Below, piece after piece: positions 50,026 to 62,002 of a DNA stretch of 64,000 bases. The DNA lies in assembly GCA_016748015.1 (NCBI GenBank), contig JAAOMT010000235.1, positions 1 to 64,000 on the forward strand, read 5' to 3'. Position 1 is the first letter of the stretch, and each line of letters opens with the position of its first letter. Origin of the DNA: Geosiphon pyriformis uo1 (taxonomy: Eukaryota; Fungi; Glomeromycota). Under the pieces are notes generated by a model, which saw only the letters and a program-made list of their open reading frames with translations, did no database searches and was not told the DNA's origin. Position numbers and translations under genes: made by a program.

Positions 50026-50808
50026 TTATCTTCTCCTTTTTAATATTGAGCTTGTGTGAAATTGGTTATGTTTGTTAATAGAACTTTGTTTATGTAATGT
50101 TCAATGATTATGTTAACTATGGTTTTGTAGATCTTCAAACTGTTAATTGGTTATTTATCCTATGTTGTTAACTGTTATCTTTTTTAAAGATCCATCCTAT
50201 AGTATATTTGGACAATATCAAAAAGTGATATATAATTGACATGCTGTTTTGTAGTGTAGTGTTAAGCTGTTCTTTCCTACAAATTCTTTCACTTGTTATA
50301 TTGTTTCTTTGTTGAAAGTTTTTTGGTTGTAGTTTCTGTATGGGTTTTTTAAGTTTAGTTGTTTCCCAATTTTATAAAACCAATATGTTAGAAGGAGTCT
50401 TTTTTTCCACTCCTGAGTATTGTCTGGTGTCCACTCCCTTGTTTCAGGGAGTTTGGTTTTATAAGCTAAAGATTCTTTAATTTTTTCTAGCTCAAGAGTC
50501 AAGTATGTTGTATATAATTGTTTTTGTCTTCTATTTAATTTTCTCATTTTTTCTTCTTCCTTCCCTCCTTTTTTTTCATGTCCCATCCAAAAAGTATATT
50601 TAATTCCTTTTTGTAAAATTTTTTTCCCAAGTGGAGTATAGGAATGAGAACAATTAGTTCTAGTTGAACTTTTGTCTATCCCTCTTTTTCTTTTATTTCT
50701 ATATCTTATCTCTTTTTTATCGATTATAATCTCTATTTGAGATGCAGATTTTTGAATTTTATCAAATAATTGTTTAAATAATTTTAAAATTTTGTCTAAA
50801 AGATCCAT
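50016..50808 (-). pseudogene. Element D accessory ORF3
   Basis: ORF 50296-50880 (MDLLDKILKLFKQLF...YWFYKIGKQL) continues through a stop and a frameshift as LTLHYKTACQLYITF*YCPNIL*DGSLKKITVNNIG*IT. Confidence 0.75.
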
Positions 50809-53800
50809 GTTTGAAATTTTTATTGTTTTTTTCTTTGTGATCTTGAGGCTTATATGTGCATAATATCTAAATTTCGGCATGTATATAACTACATTTTGAT
50901 GATTATGATTGGTTCCATATCTTGTGGTATATCTTTTGGTCTGATTAATGGAATTTGTGCTTCTAGTTGTGATACCAATGATGTCAATCCTTGTGTTGTT
51001 TGATAAATTTTTAAATGATTTCCATGTGCTGTTTTTTTCAGAATTCTGTTTTTTAATTATAACTTGTAAGATTTATTTTCCAAAATTTTGTATATGTAAA
51101 ATAGTCTGTTCTATTTTAGATCAAACTTTTCATTTTACTGTTTTTCCACTTTGGTACAATGTAATAGTACTTTGTCTCTAATTCTGAATTCAACTGGTTT
51201 TTCTGGTAGTTGGTTATTATGTCTTTTTTTTGTTTTTTTGTGACTTTTAAATGTTATCAGCTGCTCTTTGCCATTTGTTTTCTAGTGTTTTTATTAAGTC
51301 ATATGTTTTTTTTAACAATGTTTTTTGGAAGTTGTTTTCTGTAATTGGTTCTATTAGATATGTATTGATTTTTATTTCAACTGGTAATATTACTGTTCTA
51401 CTATATACTAATTTAAATAGTGTTGCTTGTGTAGTATTTTGTTTTATTGTTTGATAAGCAAATAATACTAATGGTATGAATAAATCCCATTCATCTTGGT
51501 TTTTTTGGCTGATCTTGGCTATTACTTTGCACAATGTTTTATTGAATCTTTTGACTAATCTATTGGTTTGTAAGTAAAATAGTAATAATAATGGTCTCTT
51601 TATTCCGAATTTTTGACTCAGTTCTGTTAATGTTTTATTTACAAAGTAAGTTCCTTGGTCAGATAATAATTCTTTTAAACATCTATGTCAACAAATTAAA
51701 TCTTGATGGATGAATTTGGCAATGAATTCTGCATCCACTCTTTGAATTACTTTTGCTTCTGACCATTTAATGAAATAATTCATGGCTACTGCAATATATC
51801 TGTTCCCTTTGTTAGTTATTGTTAATGGTCTGACTAAGTCAATACCAATATGATTGAATGATTGTTTTACTTTAATTGGTTTTAATGGCTTGCTGAATTT
51901 TGTTCTTTCTCTGACAAGCATCACAATTTAGGACATATTAGATAATATCTGGATACATAGATGGCCAATAGTATCTATTTTTGGTTTTTTCTATGATTGC
52001 TTCTTTATGAAAATGTTCTGCTGTTGGATTTGAGTGCATATTGAATAGTATTGTTTTTTTTTCTGATTCTGTGATTACTCTGAGTGATTGTTCTGAATCT
52101 TTTCTGTTTTTTTGATATAGTATGTTTTGGTGGTTAATAAAATATTTTGATTTTTGTTTTATGTTGTTTTGTTCCTTTTGAAATAATTTCTCCTTAAACA
52201 ATTGAGTATTTATATAATGTTGGAGTTGTTGATATTTTTGTGTGTTTATTTTTTGTTATATTTTGAGTTAAAATGTTTTTAGATTTGTTTTATTTATGAT
52301 AAACCATCAGCATTTCTATTTTCTTTTTTCTTTTTATAATGTACTGTATACTTGAATAGTAATAGTTCTATTTTCTATCTTACATGGCAATTGTCTCTGA
52401 ATTTTTGTTTCTGAATTGAAGTCAATCCTTTGTAATCAGTGTATACATCAAACTTTTGGTTTAAGTATTCCTTCCATTTGCTGACTGCCCAATAGATAGC
52501 TAAGTGTTCCAATACTGGTGTTCTATAATTCTTCTTAGCTGGACTCAAACTGCGACTAGTGTATGCTACTGGGTATTCTCTTTTATCTGGTCCTCTCTAA
52601 GATAGTATGGCTCCTAGTGCTTGACCTGATACATCAGTAGTGATAATGAATGACTTGCTGTAATCTGGATAGATTAGTACTAGTGCTTGGATAAGCTTTT
52701 TCTGCAATATATTAAAAGCTTCTTGCTGGGTTTCAGTCCACTCATATTTGACATTCTTGGTTTGAAGCTGGTGAAGGAGTTAAGCCAATTTGGAGGAGTT
52801 TTTAATGAAGTGACAGTAATAACTTGTGAATCTCAAGAATGCTTATAGTTCAGTTAAGTTGGTTGGTACAGAAAATTTCTTTACTATCTCAATCTTATCT
52901 GGATCTGTTTTGATGTTGTCTTTGCTTACAACATGTCCCAAGAATTTTAGTTTTGTTTTTCCAAAAAAGCACTTATTTGCATTTAATTTTAATCCTGCTT
53001 GTTTGAATCTTTCAAACACTTGCTGTAAGTAATGAAGATGATCATCAAATGTTTTTGAAAATACGTTTGTGTTATCTAGATACACTATGATAAATTTTTA
53101 TAGTAGTCTAGTGTAAACAATTTCTATTAGCCATTGGAATATGGCTGGAGCATTTATTAATCTAAATGGCATTACTTTAAATTCAAAATTTTCTTTTCTT
53201 GTTGTGAATACAGTCTTTTCTTTGTTGGCTAAATTTATGGCTACTTGCCAGTAACCACTATCTAAATTCAATGTTGAAAACCATTTTTTTCACCAAAAGT
53301 ATCAAATAATTTTTGAATCTGTGGGGTTGGATAACTGTCTCCACGAGTAACTCTGTTGAGTTTTCTATAATTTATACAAAAGCAAATTTTCTTGTTCTTC
53401 TTACAGACTAATACCACTGGTAATGACCATGGACTCATAAATAGTTAAATTAACTCGTTGTCTAGCATCTAATTGATTTCCTGTTGGATGATTTCATGGC
53501 TGGCTGGTGGTACTCTGTATGCTCTTTGTTTAATTAGCATGGCATTTCTAGTCTTGATCTAATGCTGAATGATATCAGTTCTGCCAAATTTATTTTCATT
53601 CACAAAGATATTAGTGAAATTGTTGAGTAGCATCTTGATTTGCATATGTTGCAGTGGGTCTAAGTTTTCCAAGTTTATTTGTTTCAATTGTTCTGGTTGG
53701 AGCAAATAGCATTTATTTTGTCTGTATATAATTTGTGATATAATGTCTACATATCCACATAGTTGTGGAAAGTCTGAAATGTGGTTTGGTGATTGGTCCT

Positions 53801-54099
53801 TAACTTCAGTGGTTAAATATCCAATGATGATTCTTTTTGGTATTTTGACAACATCTCTAGTCGTGTTGTAGATAAGAATTTTGATATAATAGTAGTTTTT
53901 GACTAGTATATAGAGATTAGTAAGTCCAATCTCTCTTGACTTACAAATAGTTGGCTCTGCTTCAAAAATCTAAGCTTGATCCTTCACTTTCTTTCTATCA
54001 TTAACATGTACTGGTCATATAGTGAAATAAAAATTGGTTGATTAATGGAGATAATTTCCCCCTTGTCAACAACTTCTTCTTCTGTCATATTAACTAGTA

Positions 54100-54535
54100 T
54101 GTCTATTCTACCTGTGAATCTAAATTCATTTATTTTTCTTGCTGTAATCCTTAATTTTTTCCTATTTCTCACTGAAACTAACTGAGCTACTTTAACCAAA
54201 GGCAGGAATATTGCCTGTGCTATTTTTTTATTTGGTTCTATAATGTAAGTTTTTTCTGAGTCATTTTGTAGCATTGTAATAATATTTCCTACATATCCTG
54301 TATTAATTATTCCTCCTCATATATTGATTCTCTTTTTTGCTAAACTACTCCTAGATGCTAGTTGAATCATAATAATTGCTGAAATTTCCAGTGCTATTTT
54401 GAAATCAATACAAGTACACAAATATGGTTCTAATTTGATGGCTTCTTTTTTTGAGTATCTTAAATTAAACTCTACATTGGTGTTATATGCATGTTTTGGC
54501 ATAATACCTTCATCATTATTACTGAACCACTTAAG
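54100..54535 (-). pseudogene. dUTPase domain in pol of element D
   Basis: NVEFNL, LASRSSLA, GGIINTGYVG, KIAQAI, RKINEFRFTG. Confidence 0.85.
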
Positions 54536-57500
54536 TTCCTGCTTCTTAGAAAAATCAGAGAGCACAATGTCTTATTCAAGATTTGAATCAGAGTTTGAAT
54601 CATTGTTATTTCAGTTGCTATATTGAATGAAGCTGGAACTATTATTATTGTTGTCATCATTGTTAGAGTTAAAATTGGAATTGAAAATTGATTCCAATTT
54701 CAATACACAGTTACTGATTGGTTCTTTTTCTTTGGAGATGGTGTAAATTATGTATAGTGGTGGATTGTAAATGAAGTCACACTCATTACAATATTGAACA
54801 TCACAGGAAATTAAGCAGTATTGACAAAGTTGGGTGTTCAGCTGTTCTAGACACTGTTCTTGTTTTTTTCAGGTGGGTGTTAGGTTCTGGCAATGTTCAT
54901 GAAAATGCTTTGAATCTTCTTTGACATTGTCGAAGACATTAAAAGTAAGAATATATTCAGGTTCTGGAAAAGATAGAAGATTGTTTTTAATTTCTAGTAA
55001 TTCATTGAGTGTAGCATCTTCAGCTTTGGCATTCGTTATTCTTCAGATTTTGTGCTCATTATGTGGGTAATTTTCCAAACATCTAAGTACTCATTTTTAA
55101 GCATTGTTAATTGGAGTTCTTATTCTTACCCAGTTGTTTATAAAAATTGTGTATTGGCATGTTTTGTCACATGTTTCTCCTTGTTCAAGAATGTCGTTCC
55201 ACATTCTTTCATCTGGTAGAGTGGTTTCACATGTAAAACAAGATTTGTTGTCCCATTTTTTCTGTCTTTTTGGTCGACTAAAGCATTCAAAAATGCATGG
55301 ATGGCAATAGAACTTTGTTGTAGTTTGCTATTTCTTATCATTATTACAGCATGTATTCATTGTGGACAATTTTTTGCCATAATCAACACATATAAGCTTT
55401 GGTTGATGATAATTAGTTTGATGAGTAATAATGTACAGTGTATAAGTGGAAATAGTGGTTGTTGTTGACTCTTCCTCTCTTTCTTTCTCTTTTCTTTCCT
55501 TTTCCTTTTTCTTTTCAAGTTAAAATTGGTGGTAGCTTATTGTAATCATGATCAGTCCACAAGACTTAGTAGGCTTCTTAGGTAGATTTCTTTTTTTTTT
55601 CCTCTAATTCGATTAGTGGTTTTTTATTGGTAGTGGTCTTAAAATGTCCACACATTACTGGTACTCATATGTGTTGCCCATTTTAACTGAGTTGTAGTTC
55701 TTGGGTGTTCTAGTCAAGTATGGTGTTAATTTTGAACAGCCAGTCATTACTAACTAGTGCTTAGTACTGAGTAGTTTCCATGATAAGAACTTTGATTGGC
55801 ACAATGATGTTACTAACTTCAAAGAAAAAGTTGTCAATTTTGCCTATTAGAGTCTTTGTTGCCCTATTGGTGGTGATTATTTGTGCATTGGCAGCATGAT
55901 CAACTCAACAACCTAAGTGATCCATGAGTTGTCATGTAATAATGCTGTTAGCTGATCTACTATCTAGGATCAGTTTAATGGGCTGCCCATCAACTTTAGC
56001 ATCTGTATACATTGCAGTAATAGGTTTTGATTCTAAGGCAGCTCTACTGAATAGTAGCGTTTCAACTGGTTTCTCAAGTTTAAAAAAAAATATGGTGGTA
56101 AGTGATTCATCTTCAGTAATGGCTGCTGACAGTATATTATTGGTAAGTGGCTGCTTTTGTTTGGCTTTTAAGTTGTTGGATATGGCATTTTCTGGGATAA
56201 TTAGAAGACTTAAATAGTTTTGGAAATTCAGAGGTTGAATATATTCTGTTTTTAAACTCTGCTGTCATGATCCTGAGGATTGAGTTAAGGAACTGGGAAT
56301 CAGTTGATGCATAACCATCACTGATTTTTAGTTTTGTTGAGTATGAGTGACCCTCAGTTTTTGGGTTCCTGTGATTAATTGAACTGAGTTGGATGGTGGT
56401 GTTTGAATTTGTGGGAGCTGATAGATTACTTGGGGCTATGACTGATAAATAGATTGTGGCTGTAGTTGATAAACTATGAGTACTGGAGGCTAATACATTG
56501 GTGGTTGATAGATTGGCTGTTGTGTCATGAATAAGTAATTTGATTGATATGGTTCTGGGTTTGATTGATAATTTGGAATTTGAAATCTGTGATTGGGGTT
56601 TTGGTATTGATTTCCCAATTATAAAATATTGCTATAGATTTAACAGTTAGCTCTAATGTGACCTTGTTTGTTACAATTGTAGCAGACACATGCTTCTGTT
56701 TGTCCTAATTGATTAGTTGATGCTAATGGATGTGCCTGATTTTGAAAATAATTTGAGTTTCCTAAATTATTATATCATTGTGGAGATTAATAGATGGCTT
56801 AATTGTTAACTAAATATTCTTCTAATTTCTGATTGATTAAATTACTGAACTGCTTCAATTTAGAATCCAGGTCAGATAATTTATTCATTACTAGATTTAC
56901 AGCTTGAGTGTAGTTGGCTTCAAGTTTGGTGGCTTCAAAATCTCTGGCATAGATGACTGCTGCTTGGAAATCTGCTGGATGTAATGGATGTACATGTTAA
57001 AGAATGCTACTATACAGACTCCTGATAAATTGATTTAAAATTTGTGATACTGTGAAATAATCAGCTTGTATTGTCTGTATTTGGTGCAAATTTCTGTAGA
57101 AGTATTCTAAGTAAGTAGTAACTGCTTCAGTTTTTTCTTGCTTAATGGTGGTAAAGATATTGGCCAATTGGTTGATGCTATTATTATTACTAAAGTATTG
57201 CAGAAACTCAAGCTTAAATGTGTTGAAGTTTTGGAGTTTGTTGACTAAGCTTTGATATCATAAATTGGCAGTATCCTGAAGAAAGTATGAAATGGCTTGA
57301 AGGGCTCTGGCATTGTTTCATCTATTGGCTGTGATGGCTTTTTCTATATTATTCAGCCACACTTACATGTCATCCTCTTCACCAGTAAATTTTTCAATTT
57401 TGGCAATTGGTATGTATGCTATTTGTTGTGGCAGTTGTTAAAGTGATTGTTGTGATTATGGTTGAAATAGTATTTACGGCTGTTGAATTGTTTTAGCAAT

Positions 57501-58394
57501 TGGTTCAATTAGTGGCTGATTGATCATGATTACTGGAGGTAAGTATTGCTGATTAATAATGTTAGAATTTGGATTGTTCTGATTTTCTGGAGTTTGAATA
57601 TTTGGGGTTTCAACTTTTGGGTTTTCTATAATTGGGTTTTGGTAATTGAATACTTGATTGTCATCTTTCTTTTCTTCTGATTCCATTACTTCCCAAGGAC
57701 TTGTGATTCCAAAATCTGGTGAAGATAGTGGTGATCAGAATTCTAATGGTGTCAGTGATTGTGATTTAAATTCTTCAAAATATTTGCTATAGGTTCTTAA
57801 TAAGTTGGCTTTTGATTGTTTCCTTTAAAATGATATTTGTGCTAATAGTGTTTTTGTGTTTGATGTGAATGTACCTGCTGATGAAATGTTGATGGCACTT
57901 CTGGGTGTATAATAGTATGATAGATAGGTTGGTGATTCAACTCTTGTTTTCTTCCAAATAAGTGGTTGTATTTTCTGAAGGGTTACTTCTGGTGTTTGTA
58001 GTTTTCCTTTACCTTTGGTTGTGTAAGTGATAGAATATTTTTGTTGAGTGTAATGTTTAATTTCTCTATTTATTTCAGTAAGGATTGCTGTAAAATTATG
58101 ATTTGCTGGTAGACTGGTGTTTTGAATTAGTTTGTTGTAGAAATTTTCTCTTACTGAGTCAGTTTTTACTGGTACTCCTAACAAATATAAAATTCTTTCA
58201 TTGATGTAGAAATTGAAGGCAAATTCTGCTAATAGGTAATTGTTGGTTAATCCCAAGTGTTGACAATAATGCTAAAATAAGGATTTAGCAAATCCTAAAT
58301 AGTTTGTCCCTATTTTTTTTGATTCTGTCACTTTTGAATAATTGTTTGTTGATGCTAGTTCTTTGTAAGATTATACTTCACAAGGAACACCAAA

Positions 58395-59256
58395 TGTTAC
58401 AGTAAATTATTTGGGATCTTAAAACAAATAACAAACTTATAACTTGGTGCTCAATTAATATAATGATATTGGTTTCTAAAGGTTTTCATGATCTGAAAGT
58501 TTTGGTTGAGTCCTTTGTATAATGAGCAGATAATTAATAGTTGTTTTAATAGCCTCTTGGAATTGCAATTTCATTAATTTTTTTCTCAGCTTGGTGGCCA
58601 GCAATCTTCTGGTAAGCAATCTGTAATTCTTATGCATTTTACCCACTCACAGGGGTTTTTTATCAGACAATTCTTGATGTCAATTACTTAATGCTTAATT
58701 CTTAATAAGTTTAATAAACCATTAACAAAATCTAAAATAAAATACAAAAAATTAAGCCAAGACAATACAAGTTAGTATTCTGTCAATAGTTATAATCAAG
58801 AGCTATTGTTTCTATGTGTTTTAAATATCAATTACTATCAACATTTAGAGTTAATAGCAAGCAATTGGATTTGAAATTCTGAATAAGAATATTTATTAAT
58901 ATTTGGAATGATATGATTTCTAACTAGAAAATAGTAATTAATAAATTTTTGTCTGAGAATTCTCCTTCTTTCTGCTTCTAATGTTACTACTATATATACA
59001 TATTTTCTAGTTTTACAAGATTGTTTTGGATTGTCTGTTTTTACTAGCTATTATTTTGTTTTCTTATGTTATACCTAATTATCTTATGTTATAATATGTT
59101 ATTTAACGTTATTATATGTTATTCTGTGTTATTCTACATTATAATACATTATCCAATATTATTGCACATTATTCTGTGTCCCTTCACGTTTTATCACATT
59201 TTTCTAGGTCATATTTTTCTTTCTTTCTTTGATCAGCTTTCCTTTTTTAAGTAACA
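58395..59256 (-). repeat. 5' LTR of D
   Basis: TGTTACAG...GTAACA termini; followed by the PBS on the minus strand. Confidence 0.9.
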
Positions 59257-59943
59257 ATGGCTTCAAAATCTAGTTGTAATAGTAGTAATCAAACTTCTGA
59301 TGGTGTTAGAGATTGTAATTTAAATCCCTCAAAATAATTGTCATATGTTCTTAATAACTCTGCTTTCTTTTGTTTACTTTGAAACAGGATTCTGCTTAGT
59401 AGTGTTGTCACATTTGTTGTGAATATGCCTATTATATTAATAGTACTTTTGGGTATGTGGTAATATGATGAATTTACAAGTAAATTAAATTTCTGTTTTT
59501 TCCAAATAGGTAATTGTATTTGCTTTGGAGTTTCTGCTGGTGTTTGTAATCTTCTTTTTTCTTTGTCAATAAAGATAATAGAAAATTTTTGTTTAGTGTA
59601 CTTTTCAATTTCTCTATTTATTTCTGTAATTATTGGCACAAATAGATGATTCTGTAGTAGTGTAGTGCTTTAAAGTAATTTACTGAAGAAATTGTTAAAA
59701 ACAGATTCTGAATCTCCTTGACCTTTCAAGTAGTATACAATTTATTTGTTGATATAACAATTGAAAGTTGATTTTGTTGGCCAACTGTTATCTGTTAATC
59801 TCAAATAATTTTTATAATGCTGGAATAAGGATTTTGTAAATCCCAAGTGGTTTGTTCTTATTTCTTCTGATTCTGCTACTGTTTTGAATAGTTGTTGTTA
59901 GTGCTGGTTTTCTGTTGGATTATACCTCATAAGAAGCACTAAA

Positions 59944-60781
59944 TATTACAGATGATTATTTGGGGTTTTAAATTAAATAACAAACTTGTAACTTGGTACT
60001 TAAAAACTGCTACAATTGATATTATCTTAAGGTTTTTGTAATCTAAAGATTTTGGTTGAATTCTTTATAATAGACAAAAATTCTTATATTGTTTTATTTG
60101 TAGCTTCTCAGAATCACAATTTTGTCAAATTTTTTTCTTTAATATAATAGTCAGATTATTTTGGTAGTTATGCCTTTCTGGTAAGCTATCTTTAATTTTC
60201 AAGTTCTCTACTTTTGTTTCATGAATTTTTTACCAGACTATCTTTGACATCAATAACTCAGTGCTTAATCTCTTTAATCAGTTAATAACAAACAAAAAAT
60301 AAAAAAAAAGTAAAATAAAATAAAGAAAAAAAAATAAACTAAGACAAATAAGTTAGTATTCTGTTAATAGCCATAATTAAGAGCTATTGTTTCAGTGTAA
60401 TTAAGTATTAAATACTATCAACATATAGTGTTAATAGTGAAGAAAGTGATTTGGATAGAAAATAGTTATTTTATTAATATTAATAATTCTATTCTGCAAG
60501 ATCTTTGTAGTGATTCTGTTTTTTTTGTTTCTAATGCTCTTGCTATATATACATAATTTGGATTTTATGAGATTGCTTACATTCTCAAGCAATGTGCTAT
60601 GATTTCTTGAACAATGTGCCCTAATTTTCTAATATTGCTCCACATTGCTGAGCAATGTGTTATAATTCCTAACAATGCTTCACATTGCTAAAAAATGTGC
60701 TTATATGTTAACTATTATTCTTCTATTGGTCTATCTGTTTTTCTTAGTTATTTTCTTATATGTTTTTTTCTATAAATAACA
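59944..60781 (-). repeat. 5' LTR of C
   Basis: Direct repeat of 40787-41607; followed by a decayed PBS. Confidence 0.9.
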
Positions 60782-61134
60782 GTAGACAGAGAATTAAGGA
60801 CAACATATTTCCTTGTTTATCTCTTCATGATAATATCAACAACAGATTTAACCTTATTAAGTACCAGAATCAAGTTATTATTCACTATTAGATGGTTAAG
60901 CACTATTTTCCAAAATGGCTGCTCCAAAACACTCTTGATTATATGTCTTTTGTCAGAACAAAAGTTTTCCATGTATTTGTTTATTGTTTTTTTGATAAAA
61001 ACATCTTTGACAACCTTAAACTTGTAATACTTGGACTTGCAGTACATTTTTTTGACTTTTGACAAATAATGCATAATTCTTTCTCTATTTTTACTATTAT
61101 CAAACATGATGCACACTTTGAAAGCCTTTTTATC
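60782..61134 (-). mobile_element. LINE L-1, upstream segment (linker before RT)
   Basis: ORF 60817-61116 (KTINKYMENFCSDKRHIIKSVLEQPF...) joins ...YWSNQY at 40786 across the TSD of C. Confidence 0.78.
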
Positions 61135-62002
61135 TTTTTTTTTTGTTAATGTGTAGCCACACTAGTTTTTTATTAGTTTAGTCATACTTAAAAAGCATGG
61201 CTTTTTCATAAAGCCAACTCATCCAATAATTTAAATTACAAGATGTGGCTAACTACTATGTGGTTATGTCTAACTACATACTAGTATAACCAAAAAACCT
61301 AAGGGGTATCACACTATTACTTAAAGTAATTCTATTATCCAAAACATCAGTCAATATTTTATTACAACTTTTGTATTCATTACTCTTTCTAATATTGAAA
61401 TTGCCACTACCATTAATATTATTCTTTGGTGTTTTGCACACACTAATTACTTGTAATAAGCTTTTCTTAACTCTGTTATTAATGCCTACTGATTTTTCTC
61501 ATTCAGTTTGTAACTTGTAACATTCTTTTCACAATCTATTTCTTGCTTGAGTTACTGCCTATTTACACACCTTAATTTAAACATTATTGTTAGCTCTATG
61601 ATCAATGTCAGAAAAAACATTGATTCTTCTGAATTGCTCATTAATTAATCCTTTGCATAATAGATCTATGTTGGGTGTTGACCAGATGTACTCATTAGAC
61701 AGAAAAATCTGCTTGCCAGGGTCCAAAATTTTACATTTCCCTTTCACAGTCTTTGATAAGCACTGCATCCACTTATTTCTCACATCATTTATCAGCATCT
61801 TGCCCATTTGAGTATTCAGAAAGTATTTCCAAAAGTGTTGGTTGGTTTCTACTTCTGTGTGGCATGTTTTGCACAGATTGTTCAAATACACCAAAGAATA
61901 TCTGTTGTATAGCACCTCTGCTGTTGGCAGCATATTATGGAATGATTTTATGATAAATGTATGCATTGTTGAAAAACCAGCCAAGGTGAGACCTGATAAC
62001 AT
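61135..62002 (-). mobile_element. LINE L-2 (different family), 3' end, inserted in L-1 and interrupted by E
   Basis: FIIKSFHNMLPTAEVL...LCKTCHTEVETNQHFWKY (zf-RVT-like C-terminus), 3' UTR, poly(T) at 61135-61144 at the junction with L-1. Confidence 0.75.

Larger units (their letters stand above)
49094..59256 (-). mobile_element. Ty3/Gypsy LTR retrotransposon D (relative of C), nested in gag of C
   Basis: LTR pair 49094-50025 / 58395-59256; TSD GTAG/ATGG, both one transition from GTGG, whose restoration gives C gag DFEATSF*E; PPT 50026-50040; PBS TGGTGTTCCTTGTGAAG at 58376-58392; LILDSRS protease, RT, RH and IN remnants. Confidence 0.92.
40787..60781 (-). mobile_element. Ty3/Gypsy LTR retrotransposon C (gag-PR-Cys domain-dUTPase-RT-RH-IN, ORF3), heavily decayed, interrupted by D
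   Basis: LTR pair 40787-41607 / 59944-60781, TSD GCAG/GTAG, PPT 41608-41622, decayed PBS 59925-59941, YLDDTNVFS, gag split at 49093/59257. Confidence 0.92.
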
